The notes beneath the pieces are model-generated. The model searched no databases. It worked only from the letters and a program-made list of their open reading frames with translations, and was not told where the DNA came from. This document shows positions 1 to 13,019 of a stretch of 64,000 nucleotides of DNA, in pieces. Each line of letters opens with the position of its first letter. Position 1 is the stretch's first letter. The stretch is from Lama glama. Lineage: Eukaryota. The stretch covers positions 8,744,001 to 8,808,000 of the forward strand of contig CM052817.1 in NCBI GenBank assembly GCA_028534125.1, read 5' to 3'. Both the position numbers and the translations under genes were made by a program.

Positions 1-439
1 GGGCATATACCTCATTCAAGTTAAATGGAAAGAAAGTTCTCTCCTCATTTCCAGAAAGTGATTGCAGAATATACTCCCAAAACTATTTTCTTGTCCCATA
101 AAAAAGCATTAAACTGGATGTAAACATTTCATCCCAGATTCTACCCTTCGAGGAAAAGAAAGATGGTAGATTCAAACAATTTTATCAGAGGAAGAAATTC
201 TAGGATTGATGTTTTCTGAGGATTTCTCCAATTTAATTGACTCATTATTTCATTTATGAAACACAATTTTGTGATGTACTCATTCTTTAAACAGATATTA
301 ATTCAGTTAGCACCTACTGTATCAAGAATCATAATAATAAATGAATAAATTTTATTGGAGGCACAGCAGACTTTTAGTTCAACATAGAAGACTGAACACA
401 TAAGTTTATCTCTTCTTTCATCTAAAACGGAGGTCTGTG

Positions 440-530
440 AACTAAGGCCTGTAGACAGACCGTATGTTTTATAAAGTTTTATTAAAACACAGTTACAACC
501 ATTCATTTACATATTGCTTTATGAAGCTCG
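440..530. mobile_element. MER58-like hAT-Charlie MITE fragment
   Basis: Contains ATAAAGTTTTATTAAAACACAG...CATTCATTTACATATTG, resembling the recalled MER58 core. Confidence 0.5.
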
Positions 531-559
531 TTTATTTTTTCTGTTTGATTTTCTCTTTT

Positions 560-975
560 TTAAAAAAAATTCTGTTTCATTTTGGGTTGTTTGTATTTTT
601 ATGCCATCCTATTTCCAGGTCTTTTCTTCTGAAATGATTAATCTGCCATTGATCCCATTCATTGATTTCTTTTTTATAGATAATTTTTCCATCTCTAGAA
701 ACTAGATTTTTATTTTTTAAAATATCCTACATGTCTTAGTTTCTTTCTCTTTAGTGGCCTTTTGATTTTTTTTCTTTTTTTTTTTTAACATCTGTATCAT
801 TTCTGGGTCAGTTTAGATTCATTGGTCTTTTTTCTTCATTATGAGTTATATTCCCTGGGTAATTTTTAACTGGGTATCAGACATTGTGAATGTTATTTTT
901 TTGAGTAATAGACATTTTTGAATTCTAATAAATATTATTAAGCTTTGTTCTGGATGCAATTAAACTACCTGCATC
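560..975 (-). mobile_element. Highly degraded old L1 (L1M/HAL-type) fragment
   Basis: T-rich antisense-L1-like text (TCTTTTCTTCTG...AATCTGCCATTGATCCCATTC...CATCTCTAGAA). Confidence 0.4.
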
Positions 976-1454
976 TGGGGAGAGAAGATTACAGGGAAGA
1001 GAATTAGGAGGAATAGTACACACCCACTACACAGGGCCAGGATTTACCTTCCTGACTGAAACAAATAAGCAATTAAACAAAAGACAAAATATATAAAATG
1101 ACTGGACATGAGGCAAGAAAAGTGAGTGATCCCTGAAAGATGCAAAACAAATAAGTTGCAGCAGAAGCAGAACTGGAGGTCTTGGAATAATGACGTGGTT
1201 ATTGGAAAAGAGAATGGATGCCACACTCAGGAACTGGAGTATTCATCAGTCCATGGTTTTCCACCTGGTGTAGCAAAATGTTGACAGTCCCCTCTTGCCA
1301 CAAGCACATTTGTCTGTTTATCCCTGAGTGTCATACTGCAAATTGAATTTTCTATGCACCACAGAGTGGAAAAGTTAGGGAAGATCTTTCTCAGATTTTA
1401 AGATTCAAAAGAATGCTTCTAAGACAAGTGAGGGAAACAATCCTGGTTGTATAA

Positions 1455-1667
1455 AGAGCATATTTTATACATATATTTGAAAGTTGCTGAAAGTCTTCAT
1501 GGTAAGAAAAAAAAGTATAAATGTGTTTGGTGATGGACGTTAAACTAGACTCATTGTGGTGATCATTTTGCTATATATACATACATCAAATTATTTTGTT
1601 GTAGACCTGAAACTCATATAATACTCCTTGTCAATTACATCGCAAAATAAATAAATAAATAAATAAA
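1455..1667 (+). mobile_element. L1 (L1MA-type) 3' end with (AAAT)n tail
   Basis: TTGAAAGTTGCT...GGTGATGGACGTTAAACTAGACTCATTGTGGTGATCATTTTGC...CCTGAAACT, followed by an A-rich tail. Confidence 0.75.
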
Positions 1668-2477
1668 GGTGTCTTGTAGTGGGGTCAAAATGGATTTGAG
1701 GAGCGAAAAGAGATGGAATTAGGAACAAAAGATAAAATGTTTATAAAATGCCTGAGATTATATTCAGACTACTGGATGGTCAGAAAAGTAAAAACCTTAG
1801 AAACTGAACTTTCAAAAAATCTTTTAAAGAAGTGTTCAAGCTGCATAGATTTTTTTTTTTTGAGCTGTGAAGGAATAGCTGATTTTATTTTGTCCATGAA
1901 AGTAAATAGCCAAGAAGCATTCATCAGGCTAGATAGAACCCTGGGAATGATTATTCCTAAGGAATAAACCCTTGGAGAATCAGATCATCCCTCTTGCAAA
2001 ATCCTTAGCAATTGTGCATATAAATGGCAAATTCATTATCACCTCTAATAGCTTCTACCTGAACTATAAACTCGAAGGGCTGTGGAAATTTTAAAAATCA
2101 CCAGTGTACAATCACCAGGTGTTAACCTGTTAAATATTTACATATGTCATGCACAGATACAGAAACTGTACACACCTGGTCTTTGACATGCTGTCTTATC
2201 TGGAGTGCAGACACCAGACAGTCCTTTCTGAAAGGGACTTTTGAGACAAGACAAGACGTGTTGGGACATAGTAAGCATCCTGTGTCTGGCACTATGCAAG
2301 CAGGGTTCAGAGAGGTGCTGGATGACTTTGCCAAAGTGTCTGCAAAAAATAAAATGTCTCATATGCCTTCTCATTAACACTCGTAGTGTTTCTGATAATC
2401 TGATCAAATATTTAGAGACATCATAAAATAAACCATGTTATGTTTGTTCAGCATCTTATAACTTGAAACATAAGTCT

Positions 2478-2625
2478 ATGTGATTCATTTAATAATCATC
2501 AATAAGTTAGTGACTTCCTATTCTGCACCTGACACTGTGCTCTACTCTGGGATACAAAGACTAAGTCATTGGCCTCACAAAGCTCAGACTCCAGTGGAGA
2601 AGAAAGAGCTGCCTGCAGTACAGTG
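2478..2625 (-). mobile_element. L2 3' fragment
   Basis: TTCATTTAAT...CCTATTCTGCACCTGACACTGTGCT...GGGATACAAAG...AGCTCAGACTCCAGTGG. Confidence 0.55.
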
Positions 2626-2680
2626 AGCTAAACATGATCATTGCATCGGATCCTCCCAGCAGCCTTTTCAGGAGCGAACA

Positions 2681-2750
2681 TTTTTTTTTTAAATTGAAGT
2701 ATGGTTGATTTACAGTGTTATGTTAGTTTCAGGTATACAGCAAAGTTATA
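2681..2750 (-). mobile_element. Very short L1 3' tail (cetartiodactyl-type)
   Basis: Poly-T then AATTGAAGTATGGTTGATTTACAGTGTTATGTTAGTTTCAGGTATACAGCAAAG. Confidence 0.75.
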
Positions 2751-2832
2751 CCCTCTTTGGGTAGACTTTCTCATTTCAATCTTAGAAAAGATGACTGAGC
2801 AAAAGAGAAATTCTAAAGAAGACATTTGTATC

Positions 2833-3330
2833 TGTCAGAGTCTGGACTAAAAACAGAAACTCCTATTGGTATTTCATATTGAAAGAATTTAATGCAAAGA
2901 CTTGATAACATGGGTGAGAGAGGAGCTGAAAATCTCAACTAAGATCTGTGAAGCGACTTGGTGATTATAATTAGCACCATATGAAACTGCTATTCAGCCT
3001 GAGGGAACAAAGGGATGACCTATTCTTACCAGAGCCCGGAATTTGGGACCACTTAGCAGAAGCTGGAATCATGATAGCTATATGGTGGGGCTGGCCTGAC
3101 CAAGGGGACCTGGAGCCACCAAAGTGAGGCAGCTGTTGCTAGAAATGCTACCTAAAGTGAAGAATAATGAAGAGAGATACCCTCCTCCCCACTCTCCATG
3201 CTCTGGCCAATTGTGATGTTATTGCTCATTGGACAGAATTACTTGGAAACCAGAGGGCAGGAGACCCTGGGAAGTGAAGTTCTGTGCACCACAGGACAAG
3301 GTAAGGCAAGGGGTTAAATCTGAGAATCAG
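2833..3330 (-). mobile_element. Ancient ERVL/MaLR-type solo LTR, subfamily uncertain
   Basis: Starts TGTCAGAGTC...AAACAGAAAC...GAATTTAATGCAAAG; ends ...GAAACCAGAGGGCAGGAGACCCTGGG...; pattern typical of old LTRs. Confidence 0.4.
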
Positions 3331-3755
3331 CTGATGAATGACCAGTGTGAAATTTGGAAGGAAATATTGCTGGTCCTCTGAAGTTATGAAAGAGGGTTTA
3401 AGATTACCTGCTATTTTCAGAAAATATGTTAATGAAATAGCTATGTTGTTAGCATCCATTTCTATGTACATTTTGCTTTAGTAACAGAAGTACGTTCATT
3501 TTGTTTTTTGGTAGTTACCAAAAGAATATCCTGAAACATGTATGATACTCTTAATTTCAGAAATATTAGGCAAGGTTTTATATCCTAAAAATCATCCCAC
3601 TGTAATGCCATAAAGAGACACTACCTGCTTTGTGGAAAGCATAGTTCTCTTCAGTAAGACTCTTTTCTTAGATAAACTCTGTCTCATTTTTTAAAAATCC
3701 CACTGTAAATATTAAAAGTCTGTTCACTGTGATGAAAGCCTATCGTTAGGAGAAG

Positions 3756-3783
3756 CTTATATACATGTGTATATAAGTCTGCT

Positions 3784-3814
<31 letters not shown>

Positions 3815-3905
3815 ATTTCTCTATGTTTACAGATAGGGAGACCTACATATACATACTCACACATACACACACTCACACATACAAACATACTCATACATAC
3901 TCATA
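3756..3905. repeat. (TA)/(TG)n and degenerate (CA)n microsatellite
   Basis: Direct reading. Confidence 0.9.
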
Positions 3906-4119
3906 CTGTGTAAAGTTGTATATTTAGAATTAAAGTTGCAAAAGAGTTAGTAAATATATAATATAAAAGATAAAAGGAAAATCTCATTTAGTCTTTTCCC
4001 TTTAGGGCAAAAGCCACATTCATTACCCAGTCACCTATGATTCTGCATCTACTTCACTTGTTCCCACGTGGGAGGGCTTGTAACTGATTAAGAACTGTTT
4101 ACCATACTTGGTCATGGCT

Positions 4120-4485
4120 TTTCTATATCCAAGCATTTATTGGATGTGCATATTCTGCCAGAAATGCTTCTCTTTGCTTCCCTTGTTTTTACCCTGGTCT
4201 ATTTCTATATATGTATTTTATAGAATGCCATCTTTTCAAAAAGACTTCCCCTGATCAACTCTCTCTTCACCCTGGCTGGTTTTTCTTTCTTTTCTGACTC
4301 CCAGGCCACTGTACCCCTCCCTTTGTTTTCTGCATTTGATCTCAAACAAATTCTATCCTGTAATACTGTCCATCTTATGTGGGACACCAAGACAGTACTG
4401 ACTATATCTTAAGCTCCTGGAGTGCCATGCAATGTCACCTATGTGCTCTGTATCCTTCACTGGGTCTAGCACAATTTAGGTTATG
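4120..4485 (+). mobile_element. L2 3' region
   Basis: CTGCCAGAAATGC...AATGCCATCTTTTCAAAAAGACTTCCCCTGATC...TAAGCTCCTGGAG...TGTATCC...TCTAGCACAAT. Confidence 0.5.
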
Positions 4486-4694
4486 GTAATTACGTTTCTT
4501 TTTTACTTTTCTGTTCTCATCATAAGAAACCTTCTTAGATTGCTTTCACAGCAGTCATTTTGCCATGTCTTTGAAGAAGGAGTGAAAACGGTATCCTCAG
4601 GGCTGACAGGGTTCAGGCCTTGCAGGTTACCTCTGAGTCAGACCAGATTCAGCCCAAAGAGGCATTAACTTTCATTAACAACAGCAATAATGTC

Positions 4695-5000
4695 CTTTTC
4701 CCCTCTAGAAACCACAAGTTTGTTCTTTGTGTCTGTGAATCTGTTTCTGTTTTATTCTTTTATTTGTTTCATTTCTAGAGTCCACATATAAGTAGAAACA
4801 TACAATATTTGTCTTTCTCTGTCTGACTTATTTCACTAAGTGTAATACCCTTCAGGTCCATCCACCTGAAGCAAACAGCAAACTTTCATTCTTTTTCATA
4901 ACTGAATAATATTCCATTATGTATATATACCATGTATCTTCAATCCATTCATCTGTTGATGGACACTTAGATTGCTTCAATGTCCTGATTATTGTAAATA
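4695..5000 (-). mobile_element. L1 ORF2 C-terminus/3' UTR fragment
   Basis: ORF 4852..5034(-) reads FTIIRTLKQSKCPSTDEWI..WYIYIMEYYS.MKKNE, the L1 ORF2 C-terminal motif. Confidence 0.9.
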
Positions 5001-5535
5001 TAAACTTACAAATAAATAAATTATATAAAAACAAATGTAATAAAAACTCAAAATTTTCTACTTCCTAATTATTTCATAGCATTTTACTATTATATATACT
5101 CCTGACAGTTTATATGTCAATTGTACCTTTATAACAGAAATACTACTGCTCCTTTCTTACCAATCATGTTCACTTACATCATGTCGGTAGCTTAAAATTA
5201 ACCTCGAGGGGATATCTACACCATAATAATCATTAAATATTGCAGATCAGAGCTTGATTTAGTGCTGAGGTTGAGAAAAGTTTCAGTTTATTGAGCATGA
5301 TTTGTATAAGGATGAGAAATAATTTAACAGAAGATCACATATCAGACTTAATAAATTTATTGGCAAATCAGTTAATGAATTTATCTGCAAAAACATTTGT
5401 CAAATTATGGTTAATCTGTAACCACAAGCTATTCGTGGATACCAGAGTTTGGCAAAAATCAATGAACCAATTTTGTGAGAATCAATTTCTAAAATGGTTA
5501 ATCTGTATTAGCATTAAAAGTCATCACTCATCTCT
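5001..5535. mobile_element. MER63/BLACKJACK-like hAT transposon fragment
   Basis: GGTAGCTTAAAATT...TATCTACACCAT...GCAGATCAGAGCTTGATTT, related to the element at 59660-59877. Confidence 0.5.
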
Positions 5536-5559
5536 TCTCTTTCTTTCCTTTCTCAAAGA

Positions 5560-7240
5560 GTTCAGTCCTAAAGATATCAGGTGGGGTCAAGCACATTTGG
5601 TGTCCATGGTGGGTCACCCTGTGGAGGCCATGGTGGCCTAGAGTAAGCTGCTGAAGCCTTAGCTGGATGAAGAGGTGTCCCCTAGGAGAGGATGGCTTGG
5701 CCTGCAGTGTCCGAGCCCAAGGAGGGGGTTGAGATTGCCCATTTCAAGAGATGTCAGAGTGCTGGGTGACAGAGCCTGAATAGATTAAGGAGATGGTCCA
5801 TCTTGGAGTCTCAGAAATCAATAAGGGTAAGGAAGCTCCCAGCTTAAGTGATTGGAGTTTAAATGTGGTTAGGAGGGTACTCAAGCATGGGGACAGCAGT
5901 GGAACCCAGTGTGGGTTGTTGGAGCTTGCGTGGAGTCAAGCAAATATCTTTATAGAGGAGGTAGTGGTGACCATGAGATACTGGTTACATACTGAAGAAT
6001 TGATCAAATAAGTAAATATTAAGGGTAATGGAAACCAAATTTATGACTGTCAGGAAAAGGACTTCTTACAAATCTGAAATAAAGAAAACTAGAATTGAAC
6101 TTGTGGTGTTGGATTAGCATCAGAGGTATTGAAAACACATGAAAAAGCATCTATAGAGAACAAAAGACGTAAATGTGTGTGCATATGTATGTGTGTGAAC
6201 ATTCATATGCACTGGTCTGTCCCACTGCGAGGGTCTGGGGGTAGAAGAAGTACATCCAGGAACCAGATCTTAGCTTCTAAATACTGTGATCCTCTAACAG
6301 GAACCAGGGAACCATGAAATATTGGTTGATTCCTGGGCCAGGGCAGGAAAAGAACAAGATGAGACTTAAACATTTTATTGTACTTGAAAGTAAGAAAGTT
6401 CTCAAAGAATGAAGGGGCTTATCAAAAGGACACAGAAGACAGCTGGAAGCACTTATACTGTCCAAATCTGGGATAATTTCAGCATCAAAATAATGAATGA
6501 ATTGAATTATAATCCATTAAATAAAACAGGAACCCATGAACTCTATATTTTTTTAATAAAATTGTAAATGATAAATTAAAAGTTTAATTAAAAATAATGT
6601 ATTTATGTAGATTCAAAATACCTCCCCATAAAATCCTTATATAGAAAAGGGAACAGAGTAATGTTATTGTGGGAAGCCTGGCAGACACCACCTTAATCCT
6701 GTGATCAAAGCGAGCATCATCAAATATGGGACAAGTCAAAAGCGTGTGGACTGGACAAGAAGCATTACTGCAGTGATATTCCTGTCAAAGAGGCATAGCC
6801 TGAATCTAATCAAACCTAAAAACTGAAGGATGTTCAACAAAACACCTGGCTTATAATGTGAAATCATCAAGATCGTGAAAGTCAAAGAAAGACTTTTGAA
6901 AAGTCCCAGATAAAAGTTGAGTAAAGATACATATAAATGAAACAAAACTCATGATTCTGGACATGACTGTTTTCTGTAAAATACATTATTGGAATAATTG
7001 AAAACATCTTGAAGAGGATCTGAACTTTGGATGGTAGTAAAATGTTATTTTTCATCTCAAAATTAAAGAGAAGTTTCAATGATGGTAAAAACAATTTTTT
7101 CCACTAGCCCATTGCTGACATGATGTTTAACACTCTCAAATACATTAGTGTTGTTCCATACTCAAGAATATTCTCTTACATAATCATTAAATAATGAAAG
7201 TAACAATCAACTTCTCTTTAATTTTGAGATGAAAAATAAT
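5560..7240 (+). mobile_element. L1MC/L1MD-type long 3' UTR; terminal part inverted (see findings)
   Basis: GAACCAGATCTTAGCTTCTAAATAC...CTGGGCCAGGGCAGGAAAAG; AAGCCTGGCAGACACCACCTTAATCCTGTGATCAAAG...; CAGTGATATTCCTGTCAAAG. Confidence 0.75.
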
Positions 7241-7765
7241 GGCACCATTTCACATGATTCAGCAAGTCCATTCCTAACCATATAGCCAAGAGAAATAAAT
7301 GAGTATATCCAGAAAAAGGAGAGTATAGAATTATTCAATGTATGCTAGTCATAATACCTATGAACTGGAAACAACCCAAATGCCCATCAGTAGAGTAGAT
7401 AAACACACTTGTAGAATATTCATGCAATGGAATACCAATAAAAAAGAATAAACCACTAATACATGCAACAACATGGATGGTTTCCAAAAACATGAGTGAA
7501 AAAAGTGAAAAAAAGGCAGACATTAAATAATACCTATTTTTGATGCCATTTATATAAAGATCGAGAATAAGCAAAGCTAATTAAGGAAATCAGAATAATG
7601 GTTGCTTTTTAGAGCAATTAAATGAAAAAGGCAGACAAGAACTTTCTGGAGCACATTTATACCTTAACTAGGTGGTGGCTATTTGGTGTATGCACTTGAC
7701 AAGATGCATTAAGATGTACAATTATGATTATGCATTTTATTGCAAGTAAATTAGGTTTCAATAAA
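7241..7765 (+). mobile_element. L1ME/L1MB-type ORF2 end and 3' UTR
   Basis: AACTGGAAACAACCCAAATGCCCATCAGTAG...GGAATACC...ATACATGCAACAACATGGATG. Confidence 0.8.
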
Positions 7766-9289
7766 TTACTGTGAGCATTGAGAAATGCTATGTCAAAAAA
7801 ATTCAATCTTTTCAATTTTCTCATTTCAGTATTTATGAGTAAAATCATCAATAATTTCAACCTCTCCTTTTTTCTTACATTTACCCTCCATTTCAGGAGT
7901 AGTTCCTTTACACTGCTCACGAAGAAAACGAACAAGTTGTCTGTAATGACCTGTAAGCAAATTCCTTCACATTACGTAAAACTTGCAGGAAGTCTCTGGA
8001 ATTATAAAAGTCTGAACAAGAGAGAATTTGGCCTAATGTATGCAATCCAATATAACACAATACCTTATGTCTAGGGAATATATTAGCAAAAATTACTTTT
8101 TATTACAAAGCACTAGACCTTCAAGAAATTCTTTATGATTCACTAAAATGGTAGCAAAGTGTGGAATATTTTGTTATTGTCAAAACATTTTCCAGAAACC
8201 ACACACCTTATATTGAATGAATCTATAATTGTCGGGCAATTTCTTTTTCCAGTTGAACAGCATTTTTGAGACTATGTTTTTTCTGAGAGGTCATGAAAAG
8301 AAAATTGGAAATATTTCATATCTGCTGACATGACATAGGAGGGTCTTTTCATTTTGCATTTTCTTTTTACCTCTGAATGAAGGCTAACATCTCTTAAAAG
8401 ACAAAAATGCCTCCTCTGGGTTCTCTCTCCTGGATGAAAACCATTTATCCCATAATTTGAGGCAACAAATCTTACAAATAAAGGTTGGGGTCAGAGGAGG
8501 TTGCTTTGTTATTTTGTGATCATGGGAAGTCCACTGACTTTTATAAATGAAAGGTGAGTCTTGAAAACACTAAACATTCTTACTTTTACATTCTCTTAAT
8601 ATACTATCATTTTCAAAGAGAAATATATGAAGGAAATTGCTCCCTTGCTTTTTCCTCTCTCATTTCAAATAGGAGCGTTCACTCTGAAAATTCTCATTGA
8701 GTTGAATTTTTGGTCTATAGGCTAGTGATGTCTATAATTCTCCTCCTGCCCACATGAAGTCTCTCTCCACCACAAGCAGAACTGCATCACATTGTCACCA
8801 TCTTTGTGGCTCTGGTGCTGTAGAGCTACCTTTATGAACTTGTACTGAACAGACCTTTCTTCTTATTCAGTTTGGGAGCCTGGATTTTATTGGATCCAGT
8901 GAAGTAAGTGAAAGTTTAATGAAAGCCAAGGTCTGAACACAGAAACAATCCTTCAGTTTTAATTAGTTCCCAAGATGACTTCTCTACTTCAGGAACAGTT
9001 CAATTCTCTGTAACACAATTGGTGGTTCCACAATGAATTAACTGGGAAGATTATTTGTGGAAATACCTATTAGCTCACATAGTTTGGGGGGTCTTGCTCC
9101 TTCTCTTTCTCCTTTCAATTGTTAAGACTTATTACTCGTGACCAACTTCCTTGTGTTCTCCTGCTCTCACTAATCCTTTTCTTCTCAAAATAGCTGTATG
9201 TAAAAATTATTGTGAGGTTTATTTGTATCAGTTTCTTAATTCTATAATTGTTTTGTGAATAGATGATTTGATTTATATAATATATTCTA

Positions 9290-11545
9290 ATAAAAGGTTG
9301 ACAGAGAATTAAAGTTTTTTTTAAGCAATTAGGGAAAAAATTAGAAAGTACCCCAGAAGAAGGTATTAAAGACAAAAAAACAAAACAAAACAAAACATGA
9401 TAAATCATATATAAATCTCTGGTAAGTAAGGGTAAGTAAAATTGTGAAAAAATTTTAAAACTGACTATCAGAAATGAGATTTATGAACACAGGTATGTAA
9501 TTGTATGGGAATGGATTTAAATGAGTAGAGTAAGTTGCTGTTTTCTAGCGAAATATGAATCACTAACACTGATTCAAAAACAGATTGAAAATATGAACAG
9601 TTCAGAAATGTAGATTAAAATATTTTAATTAAAACAGAAACATACTTTAGTTCCTTGCTACATTTTTATATAATGTTTAAATTGAAGATACTTCCAAGGC
9701 TTATTCAGATTTCAAAACAGTATAGAATAGTTTCCCAACCTGTTTTAGTAATAAAGCATAACTTGATATTAAAACTTTATGATCATAATATGAAGAAATT
9801 GAGATTATATATTAATATTACCTATAAATATAGGTGCTCAAATTTGGAAAAAAAAAGCTAAAAAATCAAAAATCCAAAATAATATGAAAAGAATAGTATG
9901 CCATTACCAAGATTATAGAATTGTTCAGTATCAGGAAATCTATGTTAATAATTTATCATGACAAAAATTGTCCAAGGAGAAAAATGACATGGTGATCAAT
10001 AAGGCAACTATTATTGGTAAAAAATCCCCACATAAAATGGAAACAGAAGAAAAACACTTAACACAAGGAAAACTATTTTCAATAGCAAACATCAAATTAA
10101 GTGAATTAAATGAAGCAAACATCAAATTAAACGAAGGTACGCTCGAAGTCACTTTCATTAAAGTTAACCATAAGACAGAGATGTCAACCATTGGTTTGAA
10201 GTTTTTAGCTAATGCAATAAGAAAAGATAAAGAGTATCAATATAACTGTTAGAAAATAAAATAAGATTTCTTTGAATATTGATGACTGAAAACTTTAGAA
10301 AGGAAATAAAAAAGCAAAGAAGGAAGGAAAGAAGGATGGAAGGAAAGGAGAACAATAAGAAGGGAAGCCCTAGGGAAACAGAATCAAGGACTCGAATGAA
10401 TAAAGTAAGTTGGTTGCTTGGATTCAGTACAAATATACAAAATTAAACTTTTCTTCCCCTTACACTAACAATAACCAGTTAAAAAAGAAAATGAAAAATA
10501 CAATTTACAATACACGTAATCTATAAACACCCGAGTGAATTTAAAAAGACCACAAAATCTATATGAAAACAACCAAAATATTTTTTTGGGGCATAAAATA
10601 AGATCTGAACTAAGGAAAATAAACTATTCATTCCTGGTTAGGGATAAATAATATTATATAAATATTAATTATTCCAAAAATTAATGAGTGTATGCAATTT
10701 TAATTAGAATGCTATTTTAACTTGACTATAATTTTTAAAAATTAATATAACAATAAATAGGCTTCATTAAAAAAAGAAAGATAAAGTAGATTAGTGAAGG
10801 GGCATACTTCGACTTTTCCCAGGTATTAGACCTTAGTATAAAGCCATGTAATTAGAAATATACAGACTTCATCCAAAAATAACCAAATCAATTAAATAAA
10901 GGGATTACATAAAGTCTAGAAATTGATGAAACCCATATTTAGTATATGGTAAAAATAGAATTTTGATTCCACAGAAATATAATATTTTATTAATAAATAA
11001 TGCAAGAATAGTTGATTATTTATCTCAAAACACAATTAAGAGTATATAAAACATTCCAAATAAGTTAATATTTAACTATTTTAAAAGTTTAAAGTATTAG
11101 AAGAAAAGTTTAGAGAACATTTATAAATCTTGCGGTGAGAGAAATGTCCTAAGCCATTAAAGAAATTCAGAATACATCAAAACCAAATTTGACTATAATG
11201 AACTTACGATTTTTAAAAGGCTAAAGCTATTACAACAGGTTGGAAAGAATATTTAAAAATAAATGACAAAGAATTCTTAATCTGAAAATAATTCTTTGAG
11301 ACCAGTAAGAAGTACACAAATCATCTACTCAAAACATGGATAAGATATTTAAAAAGGCAGTTCTCAGAAGATGAAAAGCAAATCATAAATAAACCTATGA
11401 AAAGCTAGTTGGCCTCTCTTACACTCACAATAAGAAACTGCTGAGCCCATGGGGTTTGCAAATGTTAAATGATATAATCCAGAATTTGAGAGGATGTGAA
11501 AAAACAGACCGTCTTGTTTTCACTGGCTAGACTGTGAATCGGTTA
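9290..11545 (+). mobile_element. Degenerate old L1 ORF2 body
   Basis: A-rich sequence with L1 ORF2 remnants (CTAATGCAATAAGAAAAGATAAAG, ACTAACAATAACCAGTTA, AAAGGCAGTTCTCAGAAGATGAAA). Confidence 0.7.
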
Positions 11546-13019
11546 CATCAGAATAGAAGCTTCCCGTGATCCTGAAAAGAGGCTCTTTAAAACATTAATC
11601 CTTTCATACCAGATGAGTTCCCTATTCTGTTGAATAAAATATAAGCCCGAGTTTGTTGTCCAAACACTTGTTTGTTTCTTATTTTTTAAAAAGCAATCAA
11701 ATAAATATGAATTTCAAACAAGCCTGGGGAACTGGCTCCCAAACACATCCAAAGCCTTGCAAGAATCACAGCAGCATTCATATCCAGTGGCTGCCAAGAT
11801 TAAAACAAAAACAGAGGCAAAACTCATCCTCAGAGGGCTGGGGACCCAAGCCAGGCTTGTCACTTGTCACCTCAACCTTAGCCTGTGTGAAGATGTAAAC
11901 ACGCCTAGAACAAAAATTTTCAGTCAGAAAGACCACTTCTGCCCTCTCAATGGGAAATAATGATGTTTTATATTTCACAGCAATATTTGAAGTTTAAGAG
12001 ATGACAATGTACAGAAATGAGATGCATGTATGTCACATATGTTTAGATAGCAATACTAAAGCACTGCTAAGGACCAGAACTGGGATTTGGTACCAGACTA
12101 GGATTCATTATCCTCAAACAGTTTCTTATATTGCTTCACTTGCTGCCTTTACAATGATGGCTTTATAACCAGCTTAGCAAACTAAGTCTGCACTTGCTAT
12201 ATTTTGCAGAAACTATAATCTGGAAATGTTTGTCTTCTTTCTATGTAAGGAACTATTTTACCATCACCTCTCTGTATACTAACTGATATCCTGTTCTTTC
12301 TGTAATATACCCAACTTTCATGTTCAGAGCCGTTTTTCACTTTTTAAGGAAACCACATATTTTTAACTCTCTTTCCCCAAAATATATAAATTGCAAACTA
12401 TACCATCAAAGGCAAAGGCATCAAATTTTGATGAATTCTGAGTGCTGCCTGCATGTGTTTACTTTCCCTCTACTATTGGTGTTGTTTCCACTCGACAGAA
12501 AAGGAAAATGACATTTATGTGATTGGAAGGACGCAGGCAAAAGTTCAGCACAGGGTTTTTGTTTGTTTTTTGTTTTGTTTTATTTTAATTCAACTCATCA
12601 CTGCATAAAACATGTGATTTTGTTTACAGAAATTTGTTTTGCAAAGAGTCCTTCAGGAACACACCTTTTCAAAGCATTAGGCAAAACTGTAGAGACACTT
12701 TCAGTAACTCAAGAAAGAAAGAACCAACTTCCGGAGCACTGATGACTTTATTTGTGCGTCTCCCTCCCCCAGTTTGGCAATTTTTCTGCTCATTAGTCCT
12801 TTCCTCCTGAGGATGAATAAGATCAGAAGGAAGATCCAGCTCAATTCAGTCAGTTACATCTACTTATCACCAACTGAAATGAAAGGATGAAGGCTGGTAG
12901 TCAAGGATTTGAGGGATTATCTGTGAATTTCAATTACCCTATCACTTCCTCTTCCTATTAGCATCAGTAATTAAGAATCCAGAGCCCAGAAAATGGACAA
13001 CTTTTAAAATACTGGAACA

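Noticed and set aside
3756..3777. Palindrome CTTATATACA-TG-TGTATATAAG
   Set aside because: Low-complexity TA/TG microsatellite edge.
5291..5641. 116-aa ORF
   Set aside because: Lies in a hAT transposon remnant and crosses into L1 sequence; no recognisable transposase motif.
9968..10252. 94-aa ORF with an internal ANIKL repeat
   Set aside because: Degenerate L1 ORF2 containing a roughly 30-bp tandem duplication (AGCAAACATCAAATTAA twice).
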